64,000 nt of DNA, from assembly GCA_030167865.1 (NCBI GenBank), contig JALAGF010004837.1, positions 62,001 to 126,000 of the forward strand. Reading direction: 5' to 3'. Both the position numbers and the translations under genes were made by a program. Position 1 is the stretch's first letter, and each line of letters starts with the position of its first letter. The DNA is from Craspedostauros australis. Its lineage: Eukaryota. A model generated the notes under the pieces. That model was not told the DNA's origin and did not search any database. It saw only the letters and a list, made by a program, of their open reading frames with translations. Positions 34,508 through 46,130 of this stretch are shown here, piece by piece.

Positions 34508-37500
34508 GGCAAGGCTGGGGGCAGGCGAAGCATCGTCGACCACCCCCGCAAGCCTAACGGATGCAACCCCGGAGGAAAGGCGCCAGGAAGGGCCAGACCT
34601 CCTCGACCGGCACTGGGGGGATTCTACGCGCACCAAGGGCGGCACTTTATTACGCATCGCTGCCCTGAACGTGGGATGCCTGCAGACCGGCTCGAACCAC
34701 TGGAAGAACGACGATCTCTGGCATTGGGTCAAACGGCTACAGCTCGACGTTGTACTCCTATCGGAGATAGGAATCAACTGGTCGAAGATCGGCCGAATGA
34801 ACTCATGGAAGCAGAGATCCAAGAAACATGTGCACATGGAAAGACACTCCTTGTCGCACAACGAGAGGGAGAAGATGGGAGGGCCAAGACAATGGGGGGG
34901 GAACCGCGTGTACTATGGTGGGAAACGTCACAGGCAGATACAAAAGCAGAGAAAACGACCCGGAAAAGATGGGACGATGGGCAAGCATGGCGGTGAGAGG
35001 ACGGCAGGATACAACGATTCGGTTTGTGAGTATCTATATTCCGAACAAGGGAGGACAAAGCGCCGGGACGGTGTACAACCAACAGGCATCGTGGCTGGAG
35101 TCACAAGGTAACAACACATCACCCATCGCACAGCTGATCAAAGATTTGGAGGCATCCATACAACAGTGGAGAGACGCAGGAGAGACAGTGATAGTCGGAG
35201 GCGACATCAACATGCCAGTGGGACGATCCCAAATGGCGGATATGATGGCACGCCAGCGAATGAAGGAGGCAATCCTCAGCCGCCACCCCACAGCTCCAGG
35301 CCTTTCAACCAACATACGAGCCAATTCGAACAGAGTCATAGACGGCATATGGGTCCCAGAGTCGCTGCAAGTGGTGCGGTCAGGGTACAGTCAATTCGGA
35401 CCTTGGGACCATCGCGCAGCGTGGATAGAAATAGCACAAGAATCAGTATTCGGAATGGCCAGCAAGCCCACACAGAAATTCGAAGGGCGACGGGTTCATC
35501 TCAACCGACCAGTGACAGTCCGCAGATACCAAGCTGAAGTCCTGAAGCAATACAAGCGCAAGGATGTAATTCAGCGGGCAGATCAGCTGCGAGCCGAAGT
35601 GGGAAAGTCGGAGAAGCTCACGCGCGATCAGATAGAAGCAATGGAAGCAATCGACGCAGACAGAACACGGATCATGCTAGACGCGGAGAAAGGGGCCCGG
35701 AAAATATACACAGGCAAGGTTCCATTCTCTCCAACCATAAAGCAGAGAGCCATGGAGAAGCAGTTCTGGAACCTGGCATGGAAACGGCGGGAAGGGAAAA
35801 AGGTGAGCCCCCGATGGTATGACCGTGCAAAGAAACAAGCAGGGATAACAATCCGCACTGACATCCTCAGCAAGGAGGATTTGGATGAGAAGCGGCGACG
35901 GGCACACAAGAAGTGGAAACTCGCTAAGAAGGATGCACAGAAGCACCGGGCAACATTCCTGCAGTCACGGGCGGAAGAAGTGGCCAGAGACGGAAACATC
36001 ACCGCGGAGGCAGCTCTCACATCCATCCAAAAGAGAGAAGAAGTGGTGGAGACGTTCAAGGCCATCAGGCAAGTGATCGGGGACTACGATGCAAACAGCA
36101 AAGTGACATTGGTTATCGCGAACAACGAGGAAGGGGAAGAGGAGGTGTACGACAAAGAACAGACGGTCATCGCACAATGTATGAAGGCCAACGAGGCCAA
36201 GTACAGGCAAGCATATGTGACTCCCCTACAGCACGCAGCTTTTGCGAGAGACGTGCGACGGATGAGTCTGCCAGCTACCCGACGACGGCACCACCGCAAG
36301 CTAGGCAGCTACGACCATCAGCTGTTAGACGAGTTCAGCAAGACAGACATCATACCATGGAAAGAGGAGGATCTCAATATCACTACGGCCAGTCATCAAC
36401 AACTGTGGTCCAAGGCACGTGAAAAGACTACGTCGGGCCCATCAGGCCTACATTTCGGTCTCTGGAAGGCTAACGCAAAATGCGACGACCTTGCAAAGGT
36501 GGATGCGATCATGCGGGAGATATCGCTTCGGACGGGCTACAACCTGTCCAGATGGCTGGTGTGTACTGACATAACGCTTCTGAAGGAGCCGGGAAACTTC
36601 CGAGTTTCCAGATTCCGCACCATCAGCCTTGTCGAAGGGGATTTCAACGCCAACCTCAAGTGGATTGGGAAGATCATGATGAGACACGCCGAGGATCACC
36701 GGATGCTGCCAGATGAGCAATACGGGAGCAGAAAACAGCGAAGCGCGGCAGAAGTCAGTCTAAACAACAGAATGACAGACGACGTCATCAGAATCACGGC
36801 AGCCACAAGCTGCATATGCTCGAACGACGCCAAGAGCTGTTACGACCGGATGGCGCACGTGCCGCTGGAGCTCAGTATGCGACGAATTGGGGTACCCACC
36901 ACGGTGGGGCGAAGCGTGACGACTGCTATCCAAGCAATGAAGCATCACGTGCTGACGGGTTTCGGGAAATCGACGCGCACATACCCCCATCGCGGCTCCA
37001 AGCTGCAAGGCCTGCTCCAAGGCCTTGGCATATCGCCGGCCGGGTGGGTGGCGATGAGCTCGCCAATTATGGCTGCCATGTCTGAGCAAGGGTACGGATT
37101 CACGTCGACCAGTCCAATTCAGCAAGTGACAACCAAGCTGGTATGCTTCTCGTTCGTGGACGACACGGACCTCATCCACTCCGTCAAGGCGGAAGCAAGC
37201 GACGTGGAAGGATGCATCGCGGAAATTCAACAAGTGGTCGACGCGTGGGAGGGCATGCTACGGGCAACCGGCGGAGCCTTGGAGCCACGGAAGAGCTACT
37301 GGTACTTGATGTCGTTCAAATGGGAAGGCACTCGGTGGAGATACAAGACTATCGAGGAGCAACCAGGGGACATCAGTATCCGTCAGCCGGATAGCCAAGA
37401 GCGGTCCACACTTCTCAGGCTTCGGGTGTATCAAGCACGGAAAGCTCTGGGAGTCATGGTGCGCCACGATGGGAACCAGAAGGACAATGAGTTGTACTAC

Positions 37501-40155
37501 ACGAACAAAGCAGAGAAATGGGCAGACAAAATGCGACGAGGACGAATGCTGAGGACCCACGCATGGATTGCAATGAAATCTACAATATGGAAAGCTTTGG
37601 AATATCCACTGGCCAGCTCGACATTCACAAAGGCGGCGGCCGAGAGAATCATGCGTCCCGTCCTAGCGGCAGCATTGCCGGCAGCTGGGATCCAGCGAAA
37701 CGTATCCAGGAAGTTGGTGTTCGGGCCGCACGAAGGGATGGGGCTTGGAGTGCACCACCTCTACTATGTGCAAGTCACGAGGCATCTCGAGCAACTGGCA
37801 CGTCACTGGCAACGGCCAACACTGACAGGAAAATTGATGCGCATGCAGGTCGAGCTTCTGACGCTGCAAGTGGGCATCCCAGATGTGTTCTGCCGCGACC
37901 CGTCGAAGTGGAGTCATTTGGCCGACGATTCGTGGATGAAATCGGTGTGGATAGAGACACGCGAGGTGGGCATCACAGTGCAGTGGGAGAACGGGATACT
38001 GCACGCCCCTCGACAAAACGACGCGCCAATCATGGAGCGCGTCCAAGCCTTCGCGTTCGATCCGCAACAGCAGCGAGTCATCAACCTGTGCAGAATAGCC
38101 AAGAAAGTGTTCTGGCTATCGGATATCGTCTCTGCCGACGGGGCACAGCTACTCCCGTCAGTATTGAATCCAGGGGAGATCTCTCTGCGGTCCACATGCC
38201 TCCGCTGGCCACCAGTCGGCGAGCTTGGGCCAACGTGTTGGCGACTGTGGAGTCAAGCCATTCGACAAATATTCCAAGCCTCCAGAATAGGCGCAGCGCG
38301 TTTGGCGCAACCTCTCGGGCATTGGAAAGGGTTCACATCGCAGCAACCGCTAGTCTTCTGGGATCCTGACAGTGACAGGCTTTACGATCAACAGCGACCA
38401 AGCCAAAGCTATATTAGAGTACCAAGGCGTGGGCGACGGAAGCTATACGAATTGGCCCAAGACAGCGTGCGACGGCCATCGGAAATTGTGGACGGGTATC
38501 GCGAGCGGGGCCGGATCATTGTCACAGGAACGGGCGATGGCAGCATTGCACAGCCAAGAAACGCCAGCACAGTGGAAGCAGCCATACTAGCCTTGCCACA
38601 ATCGAGAGCTTGGGCAGTGCAGCAATACGAAAAAGCGGGAACCTGGGAAACAGTGGCCCAGTCTATGCGGCAGGGGTCGGCGGTGGCCTGCAGCGACGGG
38701 TCAGTTGCGCAAGGAGCGGGCGCGTCTGGGGCGGTGATACTTGCCAGTTACGGCATCGATACCGCTCAGGTGGTGGTCGCCAATCTTGCGCCAGCCACCA
38801 ACGGTACTATGCAGTCTCATCGAGCGGAGCTCGCTGGGATCTGCGGGGTCCTGACAATGCTTGCGGTGATCTGCGAGGTGTATGGAGTCGAAGACGGCAG
38901 CGTGGAGATGGGGTGCGACAACGTCGGGGCCCTCAAGGCGCTGGACCCAGAGTGACGGCTGTCTCCCTCGTCCACCGACGCAGATCTGTTAAGGGCAGTC
39001 AGGAACCTCAGCATGGATATACCAGTTTCCATTCAAGGGCGGCACGTTAAAGGCCACCAGGATGATCAGGTGGGATGGAATTTGCTCGGCAAATGGGCAC
39101 GAATGAATGTGATTGCCGACAAGGTCGCAGGATCCGCGCGCGTTTCCATGCAGGAGGCGGCGGCGTACAGTGGGCGCATGCACGGCGAAAGAGTGGCATT
39201 CACGGCAGCGGCAAAGCTGACGAGAGTGGTCTATTCCGCAGTGGCGGATGCACAAGCGAGCCAAGCGGCGGTTGGCGTTCTGGTCTCGCGCAGGGTTCTC
39301 CTCCTTAGCCAGCCGGTCGCCTGGCATACTGTCGGCAGCGCTCTTGCGGCTCTCGAGCTATCCAAGCGCACGTTGACGATCAAGCTGGTTACAGGGGAGG
39401 CTCCATTTGGAAAACGGATGAAACGATGGGGGATGAGGATCTCGGACAAATGCCCAAGTTGTGGTGCGAAAGAGGATGTCCAGCACTTCTGGGAGTGCCC
39501 CGGGCACGACCGTCGGCGGATCTCGAAAAAGCATCTAGTGGATATTCGACGATGGATGCAGAAGTACCCAACACGGCCGGCGATGATAGCCAGCATGATG
39601 ACCGTGCTCCGAAGTCAGCTTGAAGGCTCGGCATACTTACAGGTCACCAGCCCGGGCAGTCAGCTCCACGAGGCAGTTCAACAGCAGCAAGCAGTGGGGC
39701 CCCAAGCTCTGCGGAAAGGGCTGTTGGTGCAGCATTGGGAGCAAATGCAGCGGGAGTATCTGGAGCAGCAGCGCTCTCGAAGGTCCGCGGCGAAATGGTC
39801 CCGGCAGCTAGTGCGGCGAATCTGGCAGATAGCATGGGAGCATTGGGCGGCGAGAAACGAAGCGCTTTTTGAGAAACAAGACTCGGCCGAAGCTGAAATG
39901 GTCCAAGCTCTGCGCGACAGAGCACAATCACTTCAGCTTCGCCTCGAGATGGATTCAGCGGATCACCGGCGAATACTGCTCAGTGCCCCTACTGAGGGGA
40001 CGCCAGCAGCACAAGTCGCGGTATGGGTGGAGCAGGCTGCGCTAAAGCTACATGAACCGGCCGCCTCTGGCGCCCTGTTCACGTGGCTGCGGTTTAGGCA
40101 GCAAGTTCACCCTTCCCCCGGCAACAGTGCAGGCGCATCAGCAGTGGGCGAGTAA
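34449..40155 (+). CDS. Retrotransposon ORF2 polyprotein (APE endonuclease, RT, RNase H, CCHC), interrupted by a +1 shift and an in-frame TGA
   Basis: APE: RIAALNVG, DVVLLSE, VSIYIP, VGGDIN, RVIDGIW, WDHR. RT: RTISL, QYGSR, DAKSCYD, GLLQGLGISP, FVDD (37153-37164), ALG. RNase H: SDGS, RAELAG, CDN, HVKGH, NVIAD. Knuckle CPSC-x7-H-x3-C at 39451-39498. G8 run at 34894-34901; TGA at 38953-38955. Confidence 0.92.
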
Positions 40156-40292
40156 GGACTACACAATACACACAAAACGATACATGGATTCCGTGCTCCC
40201 TTCGCGCCGTGCGCGAAGATTAAAGGAGGCGGAGAAAAGCGCCACCGGCGCAGCCTCATAAGAGGGTTTAATCCTTGAGTTATTTATTTATT

Positions 40293-40309
40293 TGTTCTCA
40301 CTGGACTAC
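40293..40309 (+). repeat. Right target-site duplication TGTTCTCACTGGACTAC
   Basis: Identical to 31915-31931. The first T could belong to the tail instead. Confidence 0.92.
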
Positions 40310-40824
40310 TATGTTTATCACATGTACGCGCAACATCTGTGTGAAGCGCCGCGCTGCCCGACTTGGCTCCAGCGGATTCTGCGTTGTACCAGCAACCGCA
40401 TTTGCCTTGGCCTTGCAGCGTCTTGAGCTTGGGTCTTTGCACTGCGTGAATCGCAGTCTCGATCTGTCGCCATTGGCTTGATCACGTGGCAGAGACGGCT
40501 TTCTGCATTTCTGTATTCGTACTCGTAAACGTATGGTACGCAAATTGGAATTGGGCACTTTCCTCTACTTGCTGATGATCCGCAGAGCATCTCCCCGAAT
40601 TCATCTCTTGTTCGCTGATTTGTGCCAGCGGATCATCTTGAGCACTCAGCGCGGAGCCATTCACCCTTCACGTGTATTACCAAAGCACAAGAATCACGGG
40701 GACGACGAGGATGGTACTCGCAGAGCACTACGCCGCAGCTTCCAAACAGGAACAGCACAGCCCTCCGGCATTCGCTCCTTCACACATTGCTGTGTCCTGC
40801 TCTCTGAATACTCTGCAATGGGCT

Positions 40825-41319
40825 TTAGTCATTCTTCTTGTCGCTCTTGCCGGCCTCACCGGGTATCTCGTCGATGACCTTCTCTTCTCCGTCTTCACCC
40901 ACGACAACGTGCTTGTGAACGATCTTGCGACGCTTCTTGACCTTCGGCCACTGGAAGAGAGGGTCGGGCTTGTCTTTCTGGAAACCTTTCGTCTGGAAGC
41001 CGATCACCAACGCCATGGTCAACGTCAGCGTGAAGGGCAAGGCAAAGTCCATGTCGAACTTGAGTTCTCGGTCTGGATCGTTTAACGATGCCAAATATCC
41101 GGTGTACAGTCCGATGCAGCCAACGATGGTGGGGAGGCCGAGGAAGAGGATGATCTTGCCGACCGTGGTCATGCCACGTTTTCGAGGGACGGCCTGTGGT
41201 GTTTGAGCGTTGGCGGCATCCTGCTCGGCGAGTTCCGCGAACTTGTTGCTGCCAGCTGTGGCCGCAGCCGCAACTGGGGCTGCCTGATTGGCTGGTGCTT
41301 TGTCTTCCTTCTTTGCCAT
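40825..41319 (-). CDS. Small two-TM membrane protein of unknown function (164 aa)
   Basis: ATG at 41319 (MAKKEDK). Hydrophobic segments IILFLGLPTIVGCIGLYTGYLA and FALPFTLTLTMALVIGF; C-terminal KKND (KKxx). Confidence 0.75.
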   Translation of the reverse strand: MAKKEDKAPANQAAPVAAAATAGSNKFAELAEQDAANAQTPQAVPRKRGMTTVGKIILFLGLPTIVGCIGLYTGYLASLNDPDRELKFDMDFALPFTLTLTMALVIGFQTKGFQKDKPDPLFQWPKVKKRRKIVHKHVVVGEDGEEKVIDEIPGEAGKSDKKND

Positions 41320-42099
41320 CGTGAGTTGTGGGCTGTCTGTGGTGTGATAATGGTTTGATGCGAGCCGTTTTTGTACGATTGGCAGTTGGTCTCTGGAGTA
41401 TTGCCGTCTCTTCGTCTTGCTGCACTGACTATCTGCACCGATTGCGTCGTCGTTGTTGTTGTTCCTTCTCGTTTTTGCGTGTTGCGTGTTGCTTGTGGAG
41501 TGTTGGTCGTCAGTGGTGTGCTGGCGGTGCATCTGGTGCCGCGCTTTGTCTCCTTCCTGCATCGCGGCGGGAGTGACTGGGTTGGAGTTGTCAGGAGAGG
41601 GAGAAGGAGGGAAACAGATTCATCCAACGAATCTTGACTGGCAGCGACGACCATTTCTGGTGGAACTCTGTCTAGATTCCAAAAACTATGATTGCTAGAA
41701 CTGTGACGAGTGTAGGAAAAGAATAGAGTCGTATGCACGAGCATGGAAAAGTGCTCGTAAATCGGGATAGAAGAGGTATGACACGAAACGATAGGAGCAT
41801 GTTCTATGTGCGGTATGGGTGAAACAACAAACCGCATTCATAGCGACAGCACGAGGTAAATCACGAACATTATGAGGATGGAGAGGCGAGGGGCCTATTC
41901 TCTATTCGCATGATACCAAACAATACTTCCACAAGGGATGGGGAAACTTCAGTTTACCTACTTCACGAGTGGCACATATTGCCCTCTTCGTCAGTGTAGC
42001 AGAAGGGTAATCTTGCGTTCACATCTAATCATTCGACCACCCATCCATCAATCCATCTCGCTTTTTCCTGCACTCAATTCGAGCGGTCCCTCAACGAAG

Positions 42100-43572
42100 T
42101 CAAGACCGCTGGAACCACGATCCTGTTTCTCGATTGGTGAACTCCGTGAAGAAGACAGACACATCCTCCCTTTGATCAAACTGCTTGAGGAATTGTTCGC
42201 GATCCGCTGGCTCCCCGATGCAAAAGATGCTGGTGCCACTGCCAGACATCATGACGGTGGTGAAGCCCTCGATGGATTGCAGTTCTGTCTTCAATTCGAG
42301 CAATTCTGGCACGCATCGGAACGCCGGTGGTTCCAGATCGTTGAGGAAATACTCGGGTTTGACGGCGGCGATGGAATCGGCCTCGAGGAAGGCCGGCAGC
42401 AGGGTACTTTCTCCATCAAGTTCGCTGAGTTCGTCGTAGTCCAACGCCTTGAAGACGGAAGGGGTGGAAAGACCGATGTCGGGCTTGACAATGCAGACCT
42501 TCGTTCCGGCCTTCAGCAGGGGATCCGTCTCCGTCATGATCTCGCCTCTGCCCGTGCAGAACGCCGTCCCGCGGCTGAGGAAGAATGTGATGTCACTTCC
42601 CAAATCGCCCGACCATTCGATCATCTGCAAAATGTCGGATGCCAAATGCAGCGATAGCCACAGTTGTCGTGAATTCAGATGTCATCAATCCATTTGTTGT
42701 TGACACCGTTGGTTGTCATGGACGCAAGTTGTCGGATTCTCAAAGGGGAACAGATCCGGGTGGAGTAGACGAAGACAACGAATGAGAAACAACGACAGAG
42801 TACTCGTGTGGTGTTCTAGAATGGAATGCACCAATCATGATGAAAATTGTCACCATCGTCATCCATCGTCGATATCCCTATCGTCATCGATAGTGCGTGA
42901 CACCGTACCACACGTACAACACCAGGGAATGTGAAAAGCAAAACCAAGGCATTGAAGCGACATTGAGTGTCGTACTCGTAGGGAGAAGCAATCATCGATA
43001 TCCGCTCACAAACGCACCTGATCCAACGACGCCGGATCTCCCATCAACTGATTGGCACCCCACATGGCGGTTGCAGCATTGGCCGAGCCGCCGCCCAGAC
43101 CGGCCTGTGCCGGCACCTGCTTGATGAGGTTGGCCTTGAAGTAGGAGGACGTGTTGCCGGTCTTGGTGCGCATCAACTCCAACGCGCGGATGACGAGGTT
43201 GGAGGAATCTGTCGGCACGCCTTCCATGTTGCAGGTGAATTCGTCAGCCGTGGCATCGCCGGGCAGCAAAGACAGCTCGAGGGTGTCACCGAAGCCGATG
43301 GCCTGGAAGAGACTGGCGAGATCGTGGAATCCATCCTCGCGTTTGCGCACGATGCGCAGGAAGAGGTTGATCTTGCAGGGGCTGAACAAGGAGAGGGTGC
43401 CATCATTGGCATCATTCTCAGCATCGCTCGATCCGGTCGCTCTGAACGCCGTCGTGTGAGATCCGGTGCCGTGGGACTGCCTCGCTGGGCGATTTGATAT
43501 TCCTGCGAAGGCATGGGTCAATGAGAGTGTCGCCAGGACGCACAATGGGATGATTGTGCGCATCGCTTTCAT
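42100..43572 (-). CDS. ispE: 4-diphosphocytidyl-2-C-methyl-D-erythritol kinase (MEP pathway), plastid-targeted
   Basis: Exons 43572-43018 and 42624-42100. Motifs SPCKINLFL, DGFHDL, the GHMP loop KQVPAQAGLGGGSANAA, LGSDITFF, NDLE and MSGSGTS. Signal ...LSLTHA-FAG. Confidence 0.96.
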
Positions 43573-44790
43573 TCTCGCTTTGTTGCTCGTGCGTGATAGT
43601 GTCAGATCGTTGATTGACTGATTGATTGCTGACGAGCCACGAGTATTCAACTTGCTTGGTTTGGGAGATGCCGCCATCACTGACAACAGAATCCTCGTCT
43701 CGCCATGGCCAGCACCGTCGTCGTCGTCGCCATCATCATCGTCGTGGTTGATCCGATCCGATCCATTCCGACCAATCGGTATCTTCGCGCTGCGCGCACG
43801 CAATCGTGTTCTGTGGATCCAACCAAGAGTTGTCATCTGTGAGGTGTCAGTCGTACGAGGTAGATTCGTACTTGTTGTCGGTTGTCGGTTGGAGTTTGGT
43901 GGCGTGGTTGATGAGATCTTTTGTGCCTGAATCGAAGCGTTAATTTGTCGTTGAGCCATGATTATCCTTTATTCGTGGATACGCATGTGGCTGACGTCTG
44001 TCATGGTACGTTCGCCAAACGAATGACACGGAGCGTGCCAGCCACCGTGCAATTGCGTTGATGCACACCAACGCGCTCATTTGTTTGTGTGGTCGAAGTA
44101 CGTTTCCAACTTTCGGCATACGTCAGTACGTAGATTTCTACGTGGATACTGTTTTGGTACTGTTCTGCCAATTGCTGCGTGTGAAGGTCACGACGCACTT
44201 GTGTCACCAACAGATACTTTTAGCGTAGAACACCGCGGAGTGCGTGTCTTCGCATGTTCGCGCAAGTACGTTCCTGGTTGTTGTTGCTGTTGGTGATGTT
44301 CCGCCTCTCTTTTGACGTGTTTTGGCATTGGTGATGGCGTTCCCTTGTGTGTGTCGTTTAGCGTTGTTTGCAGTGTGGCTGTTGATGTTGTTGGATGACA
44401 GGGACAGGTTTGGTTGTGTGGTTCTGCGTTGATTGGTTGGGATGGAGTCTCCGTTGAATTGTGTGGGTCTTTGATTGGTGCGTTGATGGATGGGTGCTGT
44501 GGCTGGCGTCGGTTTGAATTCACGTTTCGTGTTTGTGCTTGCGCTCGATTGCGCGCTCATGTTGGTCTGTGTGGGTGGAGGAGTGCTCGCAAATGCTGCC
44601 AACCATGACGTCCGGCAATCTCTGCGACTGTGCTCGTGTGCAACGCATCTCGCACATCCGCATACGTATCCACGTGCAAACGCTGGTGATCTCATGATAA
44701 GATCGAAAGAGGTCACAATTCCAAAAAAGACCAACGAAACACCATCCATCCCCCAACCCACTCACCCACACACCTTCAAATACATTCACC

Positions 44791-45510
44791 ATGAAGTTCA
44801 CAGCCGCCCTCGTTGCCATGACTGTCGCACCAGTCGTCTCCTTCTCCTACCTGGACAACCTCTCCAGCCCAGCTTCCAGCGCCCCAAGCGGCTCCGGAAT
44901 CGGAGGATACCTCGACAACCTCCCATCCCAGCCAGTCGCCCCAGTCTCCGGAGGAACTGCCGCCCCAGGAAACTACCTCGATAACCTCCCAGGCGCCGGT
45001 GCCCCAGCCGCCTACGACCCAACCCCATCGTTCGCCACCCCAGCTGCCCCAGTCACACCAGCCTTCGTGCCAGCACCAGCTGCCGGCGTCTCAGCCAACG
45101 CTGCCCCTACCAGCGCCGGATACCTCTCCAACCTCAACACCGGAGCCGACGCCGCCCCATCCGGTGCCGGAATCAGCGGATACCTTGATGCCCTCCCACG
45201 TGCCCCACCAACGATGGGAGGAGCCGGAATCCCAAGCTACAAGGACTCCCTCCCAACCGCTCCAGCCATGATCGGCGGACCAGGAATCCCAGACTACAAG
45301 GACTCCCTCTCTGCCTCCTCCTCCACCGCTTCTTTCCAGTCGTCGTACGCACCAGCCGCCGCCTCCACTACATCCCCATCGTACTCCTCCCCAGCACAGA
45401 CCGGAGGCTTCACTCTTGAGGCCGACAACCTCGCCCAGGCCCTCCAGGGTGCCTCCGGTGCCGGAACCATCCACCTCACCGGAACCATCGAGAACGTCCG
45501 ATTCAACTAA
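44791..45510 (+). CDS. Probable plastid-targeted, disordered Pro/Ala/Ser/Gly-rich protein with seven Y(L/K)(D/S)xL repeats
   Basis: Signal peptide MKFTAALVAMTVAPVVS-F. Very strong C-ending codon bias, typical of highly expressed genes. Repeats SYLDNL, GYLDNL, NYLDNL, GYLSNL, GYLDAL, SYKDSL and DYKDSL. Confidence 0.88.
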   Translation: MKFTAALVAMTVAPVVSFSYLDNLSSPASSAPSGSGIGGYLDNLPSQPVAPVSGGTAAPGNYLDNLPGAGAPAAYDPTPSFATPAAPVTPAFVPAPAAGVSANAAPTSAGYLSNLNTGADAAPSGAGISGYLDALPRAPPTMGGAGIPSYKDSLPTAPAMIGGPGIPDYKDSLSASSSTASFQSSYAPAAASTTSPSYSSPAQTGGFTLEADNLAQALQGASGAGTIHLTGTIENVRFN

Positions 45511-46130
45511 ATTCCCTCTGTCCAGATCCACCAAAATCGCGTTTGGTGACATCCGTCTCGTGGCAGCCATCGGATAAGCATGCATCCTTCGAGCCAGGGC
45601 CATTCGAACGCCTTCCCTTTTTTCCTACGAGTATAGAGACCCAAGAAAGATAGTAGCGTAACAATAAACAGTGCCTTTCTGTGGAAAAATGATACTGTTG
45701 TCTCAAACACACTATTTGGCATAGCTTGCAGTCAACAACATTGTGATGTCTGGTCTCATTGCGCTTTGATGGGTGTACATCCCTCCCGAATTGATGGCCA
45801 CTCCAACTTCCGATGATTTACTAACATCGCATGGCGACTGTGGAGAGGAATGGATCACCATTACGTGCGATGCGACAACGAATACGACGCATGACAATAC
45901 AACGTCTCAAACCATTCCACCCTCTCGTCTCTTGACGTCCGCCAACCCAACCAACATCAGCATATGTCATACGAGCAGAGTATTAACCCCCTTTCTCTAA
46001 AAATTCGTAGTCTTGTCTGCTTGTTCACCGTGGGCGACCTTCGTAGCAAGTGTGACTGAGCAAAGATGAGTGGAGTTAATCAGGGTATAATACATACGAG
46101 GACGAGTGAACATTCTGTCCAACGCATTTT

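Larger units (their letters stand above)
31932..40292 (+). mobile_element. Full-length non-LTR retrotransposon (ORF1 + APE-RT-RNase H-CCHC ORF2; Ambal-like architecture)
   Basis: Bounded by a 16-17 bp TSD, with an A-rich 5' UTR, purine-rich sense strand, no introns, all LINE domains present, and a (TATT)3 tail at 40281-40292. Confidence 0.95.
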
